A stretch of DNA of 64,000 nt. It comes from Mobula hypostoma. Lineage: Eukaryota. The stretch's first letter is position 1; each line of letters starts with the position of its first letter. The stretch lies in contig NC_086128.1 in assembly GCF_963921235.1 (NCBI RefSeq), positions 41,354,001 through 41,418,000 of the forward strand, given 5' to 3'. The notes below the pieces were generated by a model. It searched no databases, was not told the origin of the DNA, and worked only from the letters and a program-made list of their open reading frames with translations. Positions 1 to 11,129 of the stretch are shown here, piece after piece. The position numbers and the translations under genes are program-made.

Positions 1-384
1 AATGCAATCAAACGATAAGCTGAAGGGGATAAATGACTAAAGTCTATCATTGGTAATCCAAAAATTGCAGCAGTAGGATGAGGTTGTAAATCAATAGGCA
101 AAACTACTGAAATAATATCAAAAATGTCTTTCCAATATTTTTCCAAAAGACCAGAAGACCAGAACATATGTGTCAAGGAAGCAACCTCAGAATTACAGCT
201 GTCACAGACAGGATTTATATGACTATAAAAACGAGCTAACTTATCCTTACACATATGGGCCTTATGAACCACCTTAAATAGTATCAAAGTGTATCTAGCA
301 CACATTGAAGAAGTGTTAACTTGTTGGAGAATTTTCTCCCATTTCTCTATGGGTAAAGATACCTGAAGTCCTCTTTCCCATTCA

Positions 385-3078
385 TTCTTAATTTTCTCAG
401 ACATACCTAAATGTATTTTTGTAATTAAATCATAAACAATTGCTATTAAACTCTTCTGATAGGGGTTTAAACCTAAAATATTTTCTGTAATTTCAGTTTG
501 ATGTGATATCGAAAAAGTAGGTAAAATAACTTTCAAAAAGTTTCTAATCTGTAAATATCTGAAAAACTGTGATCTAGGCAAAATATATTTATTAGACAAC
601 TGTTCAAGGGACATGAGACAATTATCCATGAATAAATCACGAAAACATATTATTCCCTTCATTTTCCATAAAAGAAAAGCTTGATCAGTTCTAGATGGTT
701 GGAAGAAAAAATTGGATATAATAGGACTTGATAGGATAAATTTATTCAATCCAAAAAAATTGCAAAATTGAAACCATTTTCGTATTGTATGTTTAGTTAT
801 TGGATTAATCATTTGTTTATTCAGTTTAGTAAGTGCAAAGGGAAGCAAAGCCCCTAAAATAGAAGCCAATGAGAACCCCTGTACAGACTCACACTCGAGG
901 TTCACCCATCGTGGACATTGAATTTCATCCAAATCTTGTGTCCAGAACATTAGATATCTAATATTAATTGTCCAATAATAGAATCTAAAGTTCGGCAATG
1001 TCAAACCGCCATCCTTTTTAGATTTCTGTAAATATTTCTTACTTAATCTAGGATTTTTATTCTGCCATATATTTGAAGAAATTTTAGAATCAATAATATC
1101 AAAAAAGGATTTAGAGATGAAGATTGGTACCACCTGAAATAGATACAGAAATTTAGGTAAAATAATCATCTTAATAGCATTGATTTGACCAATCAATGAT
1201 AGGGACAATGGGGACCATTTAGTAAGCAGTTGTTTAACATGATCAATTAAGGGTAAAAAGTTAACTTTAAATAGATCCTCATGCTTCTTAGTAATTTTAA
1301 CACCCAAACAAGTAAAATCAAAGACACGACCCACCCAGCCAACACACTTTTCGTCCCTCTTCCCTCCGGGAGAAGGCTCAGGAGCTTGAAGACTCGTACG
1401 GCCAGATTTGGGAACAGCTTCCTTCCAACTGTGATAAGACTGCTGAACGGATCCTGACCTGGATCTAGGCCGTACCCTCCAAATATCTGGACCTGTCTCT
1501 TGGGTATATTTTTGCACTACCTTACTTTCCATTTTTCTATTTTCTATTTATGATTTATAATTTAAACTTTTAGTATTTACTATCGATTTGTAATCCAGGG
1601 AGCAGGAAGCGCAGAATCAAATATCACTGTGATGATTGTACGTTCTAGTATCAATTGTTTGGCGACAATAAAGTATAAAGTATAATCAGTAACCAGTCTA
1701 AATGGTGATTGTCTATAGATTGAGAACTTGCATATTTAATGGAAAAAGCTCACTCTTATTAAGATTCATTTTATAACCCGAAAAACTACTAAACTGAGCA
1801 AGTAGTAATATTAATGCAGGGATGGATTTCTCTGGATTAGAGATGTATAGTAACAGGTCATCTGCATATAATGATACCTTATGCGTCTCATTCCCACGAA
1901 TAATGCCAAATATATTGGGTGAATCACGAAGAGCGATTGCCAAGGGTTCCAAGGCAATATCAAATAGTGAAGGTCTTAAAGGACAGCCCTGTCCAGTACC
2001 TCGAAAAAAACGAAAAAAGGGGGATCTCTGATTATTAGTAAGTACAGAAGACAAAGGTATATGATATATCAATTTAATCCAAGATATGAATTTTGGGCTA
2101 AAATTAAATTTCTCAAGGATGTTAAATAAATATTCCCATTCAACTCTATCAAACACCTTCTCGGCGTCAAGCGAATAGCACATTCTGGAGTTTTAGATGA
2201 AGTATATACAATGTTTATCAACCTCCTAACATTAAAATTACGAATAATGATTTTTAACAAATCCTGTCTGGTCGTCCGAGACAATTTGTGGCAATACATT
2301 TTCCAATCTAATTGCTAATATTTTGGAAAAAAGTTTGGAGTCCACATTTAACAAGGATAAAGGTCTATATGATGCACATTCAGTGGGGTCTTTATCTTTT
2401 TTAGGAATTAAAGAAATAGATGCTTCATAAAAAGATTGTGGTAATTTACCTACAAATAAGGCATCCTTAAAAATTCTACATAACCAAGGAGAAAGTAGAC
2501 TTGAAAAAGATTTTTAAAATTATACTGTATACCCACCCAGGCCGGGTGCTTTACCAGAATTCATCGAGGAAATTGCTTTCTTTACTTATTCTTCCGTAAT
2601 GGGTGCATCTAATGTTAAACATTCATTAAGTGGTAATTTCAGAATATTCAATTTTCTTAAAAATTCATGCATTATGGTAGAATCATCAGGAAATTCTGAT
2701 TGGTATAAAGAGGTATAGAACTCTTGAAAAGATTTATTAATTTCGTTTGACCGTCAAAGTACCATCCCATTTACGAATTTTAATAGTCTGACATTTAGCT
2801 GAAGCAGCTTTCATTTGATTGGCCAGTAATTTACCCGATTTAACACCATGTATATAAAATTGACTCTTAGTTTTAAGTAATTGATTTTCAATTGGGGATG
2901 TTAATAACAAACTGTGTTGCATCTGAAGTTCAACTCTCATTTTGTAAAGCTCCAAATTAGAAGCAGCAGAATATTTTTAATCAATTTCTTTAATCTTATC
3001 AACCAATGTACATATTTCATTATTAATATATTTTTTCAATCCAGCAGAATATGAAATAATGTGCCCACGGATATATAC
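385..3078 (-). mobile_element. L1/Tx1-clade LINE ORF2 fragment (RT and C-terminal part), decayed, interrupted at ~1318-1685
   Basis: ORF 1713-2183 has SLDAEKVFDRVEW, RGTGQGCPL and SLYADDLLLY (L1-type RT motifs). ORF 2737-2955 resembles the L1 ORF2 linker (KSGKLLANQMK). Multiple frameshifts. Ends approximate. Confidence 0.88.
1318..1685 (+). mobile_element. Rex1/Babar-type LINE 3' end inserted in the L1
   Basis: Translates to the ORF C-terminus KDTTHPANTLFVPLPSGRRLRSLKTRTARFGNSFLPTVIRLLN, matching the Rex1-type ends at 29120 and 43255. Ends in aataaag(tataaag)n. L1 sequence resumes on both sides. Confidence 0.8.
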
Positions 3079-3304
3079 TGGTAACATCAGTACTGACCAA
3101 GCTGGCTCAGGTCTAAAGGACAAAGCTATCAAAATTAGTCCATGTCAGGCATTGAATAAACCAACACAGTGGATAAACCTTCTTCATGGAATCATATGGC
3201 ATAGATATTGGCCATTACTGATCATCAAGGATCTACAGTATTTAAACTCCACCTGTGCTAATCCCATTGTATTCTTCCCCAGATGCCACCACTCATCAAT
3301 ACAC

Positions 3305-3585
3305 TCGGGGCAATTTACAATGCCAAGTAATTTCCCAACCCGCAAGCCTTTAGGATGTCGTAACAAACTGGAGCACCCAGAGAAAATCCACACAGTCACT
3401 AGGATAATGTGCAAAATCCACCCAGACTGAACCTAAGGTCACAACCGACTCTAACCCAGCTCCGGGTCTGTATTGATGACAGCTCCCTTCCTCCATCCAA
3501 TACCTCTGTCGAGTATTTATAAAACTAGGGTTAGGGTTATGTCACACTGCTCCTGGATCACTGGAACTGTGAGGCAGCAGCACTG
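3305..3585 (-). mobile_element. Old V-SINE/HE1-like SINE
   Basis: Reverse complement of the core seen at 41582 and 49903 (aaactggagcacccagagaaaatccacacagtcac), plus a degenerate tRNA-like head. Confidence 0.55.
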
Positions 3586-4542
3586 TCACCTAGATCTCAA
3601 TGCTGCCACTTGCCTTGACTTTTCTCATCTGTCTGGGTCTCAATACTGGACCCTCTTCCAGGATCACCACTGTCTTCTCAGGTATAGTGGAATTAGAATG
3701 GGCAAGGATTACAAGCTTGCATGGGGTTGGCTGGAGGTGCCACATGAGGCAGCATTGGAGAGGTGTGGTCGGTGATATATCAGGCAGCACTTTGGGCCTG
3801 AAGAAGGGTTAAATAACTTGAAAGGTATTAATTGAGCCGAGTTCTCCTTTAAATCATGAGGACCCAGGTCTTGTAGTGATCTCAGATTCTGTTGTGGAGC
3901 GATATTAACTTCACACATGCCTCACATACTTTAGTCAAGGCACTGAAAAATACTACAAGTGCTCTCTTTGCAAAATTCTCCAAGTTGACTGGAACAAAAT
4001 CCTAGAAGTGGCATTAAGACATGAGCAGTGTGTGCCATGCTATTCCACATGTGCATAGAGAATCCCAGAATAAAAAGTTCCCATCTCTCAATCCACACTG
4101 TTAAACTCTAATAATCTATTATGTTTGCGTTTCCTGAAATTGGTTTGTGCAGCACACAAAACATTGCACCATATAATCTCATTTCTAGGTCATTGTCTCA
4201 CCAGGTGAGATTCGTGAAATTCTAAAATGAAGCACTTCCAGCTTAATTCTCTGAATTAAACAGGGTGGCCACAAATAGGTTTTGTAAAATATATTTCCTC
4301 AGAAGTGCCAGCTGTTGCTGAAGCCCACAAATTCTGGGTGAAAATGTGATATGATCAGCGAGCCAAATCACTCTAACAAGAGGTCCTTAGCACACGTTCT
4401 TTCTCACTGCTTCTGTCATTTAGATAAGCTAATTGAAATAAACCTACACAACAGGAATTCTGCAGATGCTGGAAATTCAAGCAACATACATCAAAGTTGC
4501 TGGTGAACGCAGCAGGCCAAGCAGCATCTATAGGAAGAGGTA

Positions 4543-4580
4543 CAGTCGACGTTTCAGGCCGAGACCCTTCGTCAGGACTA
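4543..4580 (-). ncRNA. Minimal type I hammerhead ribozyme in the PLE 3' UTR
   Basis: RNA reads uaguc-CUGACGA-agg(gucucgg)ccu-GAAA-cg-UC-gacug: catalytic core, stem I aguc/gacu, stem II agg/ccu, palindromic ACGU in place of stem III. Matches the minimal HHRs known from PLEs. Confidence 0.85.
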
Positions 4581-4874
4581 ACTGAAGGAAGAGTGAGTAA
4601 GGGATTTGAAAGCTGGAGGGGGAGGGGGAGATGCAAAATGATAGGAGAAGACAGGAGGGGGAGGGATAGAGCCGAGAGCTGGACAGGTGATAGGCAAAAG
4701 GGGATACGAGAGGATCATGGGACAGGAGGCCTAGGGAGAAAGACGGGGAGGGGGGGTGACCCAGAGGATGGGCAAGTGGTATATTCAGACGGACAGAGGG
4801 AGAAAAAGGAGAGTGAGAGAAAGAATGTGTGCATAAAAAGGAGTAACAGCTGGGGTACGAGGGGGAGGTGGGGC

Positions 4875-7800
4875 CTAGCGGAAGTTAGAGAAGTCAATGT
4901 TCATGCCATCAGGTTGGAGGCTACCCAGACGGAATATAAGGTGTCGTTCCTCCAACCTGACTGTGGCTTCATCTTTACAGTAGAGGAGGCCGTGGATAGA
5001 CATGTCAGAATGGGAATGGGATGTGGAATTAAAATGTGTGGCCACTGGGAGATCCTGCTTTCTCTGGCGGACAGAGCGTAGATGTTCAGCAAAGCGGTCT
5101 CCCAGTCTGCGTCGGGTCTCACCAATATATAAAAGGCCACATCGGGAGCACCGGACGCAGTATATCACCCCAGTCGACTCACAGGTGAAGTGATGCCTCA
5201 CCTGGAAGGACTGTTTGGGGCCCTGAATGGTGGTAAGGGAGGAAGTGTAAGGGCATGTGTAGCACTTGTTCCGCTTACACGGATAAGTGCCAGGAGGGAG
5301 ATCAGTGGGGAGGGATGGGGGGGACGAATGGACAAGGGAGTTGTGTAGGGAGCGATCCCTGCGGAATGCAGAGAGAGGGGGGGAGGGAAAGATGTGCTTA
5401 GTGGTGGGATCCCGTTGGAGGTGGCGGAAGTTACGGAGAATAATATGTTGGACCCGGAGGCTGGTGGGGTGGTAGGTGAGGACCAGGGGAACCCTATTCC
5501 TAGTGGGGTGGTGGGAGGATGGAGTGAGAGCAGATGTACGTGAAATGGAGGAGATGCGTTTAAGAGCAGAGTTGATAGTGGAGGAAGGGAAGCCCCTTTC
5601 TTTAAAAAATGAAGACATCTCCCTCGTCCTAGAATGAAAAGCCTCATCCTGAGAGCAGATGCGGCGGAGACGGAGGAATTGCGAGAAGGGGATGGCGTTT
5701 TTGCAAGAGACAGGGTGAGAAGAGGAATAGTCCAGATAGCTGTGAGAGTCAGTAGGCTTATAGTAGATATCAGTGGATAAGCTGTCTCCAGAGACAGAGA
5801 CAGAAAGATCTAGAAAGGGGAGGGAGGTGTCGGAAATAGACCAGGTAAACTTGAGGGCAGGGTGAAAGTTGGAGGCAAAGTTAATAAAGTCAACGAGTTC
5901 TGCATGCGTGCAGGAAGCAGCGCCAATGCAGTCGTCGATATAGCGAAGGAAAAGTGGGGGACAGATACCAGAATAGGCACGGAACATAGATTGTTCCACA
6001 AACCCAACAAAAAGGCAGGCATAGCTAGGACCCATACGGGTGCCCATAGCTACACCTTTAGTTTGGAGGAAATGGGAGGAGCAAAAGGAGAAATTATTAA
6101 GAGTAAGGACTAATTCCGCTAGACGGAGCAGAGTGGTGGTAGAGGGGAACTGATTAGGTCTGGAATCCAAAAAGAAGCGTAGAGCTTTGAGACCTTCCTG
6201 ATGGGGGATGGAAGTATATAAGGACTGGACATCCATGGTGAAAATAAAGCGGTGGGGGCCAGGGAACTTAAAATCATCGAAAAGTTTAAGAGCGTGAGAA
6301 GTGTCACGAACATAGGTAGGAAGGGATTGAACAAGGGGTGATAAAACCGTGTCAAGGTATGCAGAAACGAGTTCGGTGGGGCAGGAGCAAGCTGAGAGAA
6401 TAGGTCTGCCAGGACAGGCAGGTTTGTGGATCTTGGGTAGGAGGTAGAAACGGGAAGTGCGGGGTGTGGGAACTATAAGGTTGGTAGCAGTGGATGGGAG
6501 ATCCCCTGAGCGGATAAAGTCGGTGATAGTGTGGGAGACAATGGCCTGGTGCTCCTTGGTGGGGTCACGAACGAGGGGTAAATAAGAGGAGGTATCCGCG
6601 AGTTGTCGCTGTGCCTCGGCAAGGTAGAGGTCAGTACGCCAGACTACAACAGCACCCCCCTTATCGGCGGGTTTAATAATAAGGTTAGGATTAGTGCGGA
6701 GGGAGTGGAGAGCAGAGCGTTCCGAAGGAGTGAGGTTAGAATGGGGACAAGGTGCGGTGAAGTCGAGACGGTTGATGTCCCGTCGGCAGTTGGCAATAAA
6801 GAGATCCAGAGCAGGCAGAAGACCAGAGCGGGGTGTCCATGAAGAAGAGGAGGGTTGAAGACGGGAGAAGGGGTCATCGGTGGGGGTGGAAGAGTCCTTG
6901 CCGAAGAAGTAGGCTCGGAGACGGAGACGGCGGAAGAAAAGTTCCGCATCATGGCGAACACGGAACTCGCTGAGGTGTGGGCGAAGGGGGACAAACGTGA
7001 GGCCCTTACTGAGAACAGAGCGTTCTGCCTCCGACAGTTGAAGGTCGGAGGGGATGGTAAAGACCCGGCACGGATGAGAGCTGGGATCAGAAGGGGGAGG
7101 GGGAGGCTGGGGGTGTCAGTGGAGAGGGGAGGGTTGGGGTGAGAGGAAGATGGAGCCTCTGAGGGCCCAGGAGCTGACGGTGGGATCTGAGGGAGACGGG
7201 ATTGCAGAGTATTGGTGGGGGAAGGGGAGACGGGAGTCACAACAGCAGCACATAAAGACCCAGCCTGGAGTTCAAGGCCGGAGTCGCAGTTGGTGGTTGC
7301 GTAATCACTGTGAAGGTGTCCATGGTCGTGGCTGGAGTCCGGGTTTTGAATATGCCCTGAGGTGTTGGAGCCGCCGAGATCAATGGCAGGCGCCGCAATT
7401 GAAAGTTCATGCCTGCTAGCGTCGGGGCCGGCAGGCTCTGGGGTCCGTAGATGTAAGATCTTGCGATCTTTGCCTAACATGACAAAGTCAAAAAAACGGC
7501 GATTGCAGGCGTGGATCCGACGGAGGATGAAATAGCGGGTAGGACCATTACAGACGGCGAAGAAAGTGTCCCGAAGGTGTGGAAGGGTCTGGGATAGGGA
7601 CACCAAGTACCTCCTCATGGCGGAGAGCGTCGCCTTCAGAGCTTGACGGGAGAAGCGGCGAGAGGCAGAGTCAATAAAATGTGAGTACCTGGGATCCTCA
7701 GAAGGTCCAAATTGAGAGGCTTGGAAACGAATCCTAAAGCCAACTAGAGTAAGTTGGCGACGGAGGCACGTTCCAAGAAAGGATACATGGCAGTGATAGC

Positions 7801-7924
7801 GAGTCTGAGTCAAAATGTGGTCGAAAAGTTGAAGAGCCGAAGAAATCACAGATGGGGAGCAGTGAGAGATGGTTTCACTGAACTCCCGTCGAAGAGAGGA
7901 TCTAAACTTCTTCGGTGTAGGCAT
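4875..7924 (-). CDS. PLE polyprotein (N-terminal domain, Pro/Ser-rich linker, RT, Cys-rich linker, GIY-YIG endonuclease), ~1016 aa if one C is restored at ~7100
   Basis: ATG at 7924 (MPTPKKFR). Adding 1 C in a homopolymer at ~7100 (5 C here, 6 in the other arm) joins it to the frame with KPADKG, LPKIHK, GRPI, DVQSLYTSIP, QTKGVAMG, RYIDD, CKRNKCYTC and GVIYCVRCSRCGLLYIGETRRRLGDRFAEH. Stop at 4875. Confidence 0.9.
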
Positions 7925-10268
7925 CACCAATACTCTGCAATCCCGTCTCCCTCAGATCCCACCGTCAGCTCCTGGGCCCTCAGAGGCTCCATCTTCCTCT
8001 CACCCCAACCCTCCCCCCTCCACTGACACCCCCAGCCTCCCCCCTCCCCCCCGATATCAGCTCTCGTCCATGCCGGGTCTTCACCATCCCCTCCGACCTT
8101 CCACTCTCTGAGGCAGAGCGCTCTGTCCTCAGTAAGGGCCTCACGTTTGTCCCCCTTCGCCCACACCTCAGCGAGTTCCGTGTTCGCCATGATGCGGAAC
8201 TTTTCTTCCGCCGTCTCCGTCTCCGAGCCTACTTCTTCGGCAAGGACTCTTCCACCCCCACCGATGACCCCTTCTCCCGTCTTCAACCCTCCTCTTCTTC
8301 ATGGACACCCCGCTCTGGTCTTCTGCCTGCTCTGGATCTCTTTATTGCCAACTGCCGACGGGACATCAACCGTCTCGACTTCACCGCACCTTGTCCCCAT
8401 TCCAACCTCACTCCTTCCGAACGCTCTGCTCTCCACTCCCTCCGCACTAATCCTAACCTTACTATTAAACCCGCTGATAAGGGGGGTGCTGTTGTAGTCT
8501 GGCGCACTGACCTCTACCTTGCCGAGGCACAGCGACAACTCGCGGATACCTCCTCTTATTTACCCCTCGATCGTGACCCCACTAAGGAGCACCAGGCTAT
8601 TGTCTCCCACACTATCAACGACTTTATCCGCTCAGGGGATCTCCCATCCACTGCTACCAACCTTATAGTTCCCACACCCCGCACTTCCCGTTTCTACCTC
8701 CTACCCAAGATCCACAAACCTGCCTGTCCTGGCCGACCTATTGTCTCAGCTTACTCCTGCCCCACCGAACTCGTTTCTGCATACCTTGACACGGTTTTAT
8801 CACCCCTTGTTCAATCCCTTCCTACCTATGTTCGTGACACTTCTCACGCTCTTAAACTTTTCGATGATTTTAAGTTCCCTGGCCCCCACCGCTTTATTTT
8901 CACCATGGATGTCCAGTCCTTATATACTTCCATCCCCCATCAGGAAGGTCTCAAAGCTCTACGCTTCTTTTTGGATTCCAGACCTAATCAGTTCCCCTCT
9001 ACCACCACTCTGCTCCGTCTAGCGGAATTAGTCCTTACTCTTAATAATTTCTCCTTTTGCTCCTCCCATTTCCTCCAAACTAAAGGTGTAGCTATGGGCA
9101 CCCGTATGGGTCCTAGCTATGCCTGCCTTTTTGTTGGGTTTGTGGAACAATCTATGTTCCGTGCCTATTCTGGTATCTGTCCCCCACTTTTCCTTCGCTA
9201 TATCGACGACTGCATTGGCGCTGCTTCCTGCACGCATGCAGAACTCGTTGACTTTATTAACTTTGCCTCCAACTTTCACCCTGCCCTCAAGTTTACCTGG
9301 TCTATTTCCGACACCTCCCTCCCCTTTCTAGATCTTTCTGTCTCTGTCTCTGGAGACAGCTTATCCACTGATATCTACTATAAGCCTACTGACTCTCACA
9401 GCTATCTGGACTATTCCTCTTCTCACCCTGTCTCTTGCAAAAACGCCATCCCCTTCTCGCAATTCCTCCGTCTCCGCCGCATCTGCTCTCAGGATGAGGC
9501 TTTTCATTCTAGGACGAGGGAGATGTCTTCATTTTTTAAAGAAAGGGGCTTCCCTTCCTCCACTATCAACTCTGCTCTTAAACGCATCTCCTCCATTTCA
9601 CGTACATCTGCTCTCACTCCATCCTCCCCCCACCACCCCACTAGGAATAGGGTTCCCCTGGTCCTCACCTACCACCCCACCAGCCTCCGGGTCCAACATA
9701 TTATTCTCCGTAACTTCCGCCACCTCCAACGGGATCCCACCACTAAGCACATCTTTCCCTCCCCCCTCTCTCTGCATTCCGCAGGGATCGCTCCCTACAC
9801 AACTCCCTTGTCCATTCGTCCCCCCCATCCCTCCCCACTGATCTCCCTCCTGGCACTTATCCGTGTAAGCGGAACAAGCGCTACACATGCCCTTACACTT
9901 CCTCCCTTACCACCATTCAGGGCCCCAAACAGTCCTTCCAGGTGAGGCATCACTTCACCTGTGAGTCGACTGGGGTGATATACTGCGTCCGGTGCTCCCG
10001 ATGTGGCCTTTTATATATTGGTGAGACCCGACGCAGACTGGGAGACCGCTTTGCTGAACATCTACGCTCTGTCCGCCAGAGAAAGCAGGATCTCCCAGTG
10101 GCCACACATTTTAATTCCACATCCCATTCCCATTCTGACATGTCTATCCACGGCCTCCTCTACTGTAAAGATGAAGCCACAGTCAGGTTGGAGGAACAAC
10201 ACCTTATATTCCGTCTGGGTAGCCTCCAACCTGATGGCATGAACATTGACTTCTCTAACTTCCGCTAG
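7925..10268 (+). pseudogene. 5'-truncated inverted copy of the PLE ORF (RT + GIY-YIG) with frameshifts at ~8050 and ~9760
   Basis: ORFs 8905-9945 and 9942-10268 match the minus-arm protein. The arm begins inside the Pro/Ser linker. Both indels lie in C runs. Confidence 0.9.
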
Positions 10269-10562
10269 GCCCCACCTCCCCCTCGTACCCCAGCTGTTAC
10301 TCCTTTTTATGCACACATTCTTTCTCTCACTCTCCTTTTTCTCCCTCTGTCCCTCTGAATATACCTCTTGCCCATCCTCTGGGTCACCCCCCCTCCCCGT
10401 CTTTCTCCCTAGGCCTCCTGTCCCATGATCCTCTCGTATCCCCTTTTGCCTATCACCTGTCCAGCTCTCGGCTCTATCCCTCCCCCTCCTGTCTTCTCCT
10501 ATCATTTTGCATCTCCCCCTCCCCCTCCAGCTTTCAAATCCCTTACTCACTCTTCCTTCAGT

Positions 10563-10600
10563 TAGTCCTGACGAAGGGTCTCGGCCTGAAACGTCGACTG
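10563..10600 (+). ncRNA. Minimal type I hammerhead ribozyme in the inverted PLE arm
   Basis: tagtc CTGACGA agggtctcggcct GAAA cgTC gactg; predicted cleavage after C10595. Confidence 0.85.
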
Positions 10601-11129
10601 CGCCTCTTCCTATAGATGCTGCTTGGCCTGCTGCGTTCACCAGCAACTTTGATGTATGTTGAAATAAACCTACCAGTGGTTCATGTATCCTCCCACTCAC
10701 AAAGAAAAACGGCCTCAGAGGCCTCGCTGTGTTCCATAAACAATTTCTGTTGCACAATCCATGATCCATCAAAATGTGTAAATTAATGATATTTCTTTTT
10801 CCAGCATGGACTGACTTTGTGAGAATAAGTTATTTTATGTTAGCTATTTACTCTTTTAAAATGTAAAATAAGTGAATTCTTACTTGGGCATTCAGCAGGT
10901 TCCTGGCCCACTCTTCTCCACCAATGTGACAAGATGCCAGATCATTTTTCTCCACCTGCTACTCATATTCCTTGTAACTTGCAAAATAATCCTATTAGGT
11001 TAAGGCAAGGTTAATAACTGGTTCACAAAACTGAAGCTTTATTAAAATAGTCAAGAAATGGTAGTTTGTGATACTAACTTTACACGGATCTTATTGTCAA
11101 GGTACTTAAAAAGACTACCAATGCTGTCT

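Larger units (their letters stand above)
4448..10658. mobile_element. Penelope-like retroelement (Neptune-type) inserted as a head-to-head inverted composite with a 15-bp TSD
   Basis: ttgaaataaacctac occurs at 4433-4447 and 10659-10673. 4482-7217 is the reverse complement of 7925-10661. RT and GIY-YIG motifs are present in both arms. Confidence 0.95.

Noticed and set aside
4497-5081. 194-aa ORF and its 236-aa mirror (10062-10772) as extra PLE genes
   Set aside because: Antisense frames over the pyrimidine-rich 3' UTR with low-complexity G/R/E composition and no motifs.
6644-7930. 428-aa ORF as a separate ORF1
   Set aside because: Only about the first 275 aa are in the true frame; the rest is out-of-frame read-through after a homopolymer indel in a single-ORF element.
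4448-10661. Giant palindrome as a fold-back read or assembly artefact
   Set aside because: The arms differ at many synonymous sites, one arm lacks the 34-nt tail, and a 15-bp TSD flanks the whole. A fold-back chimera would not produce these features.
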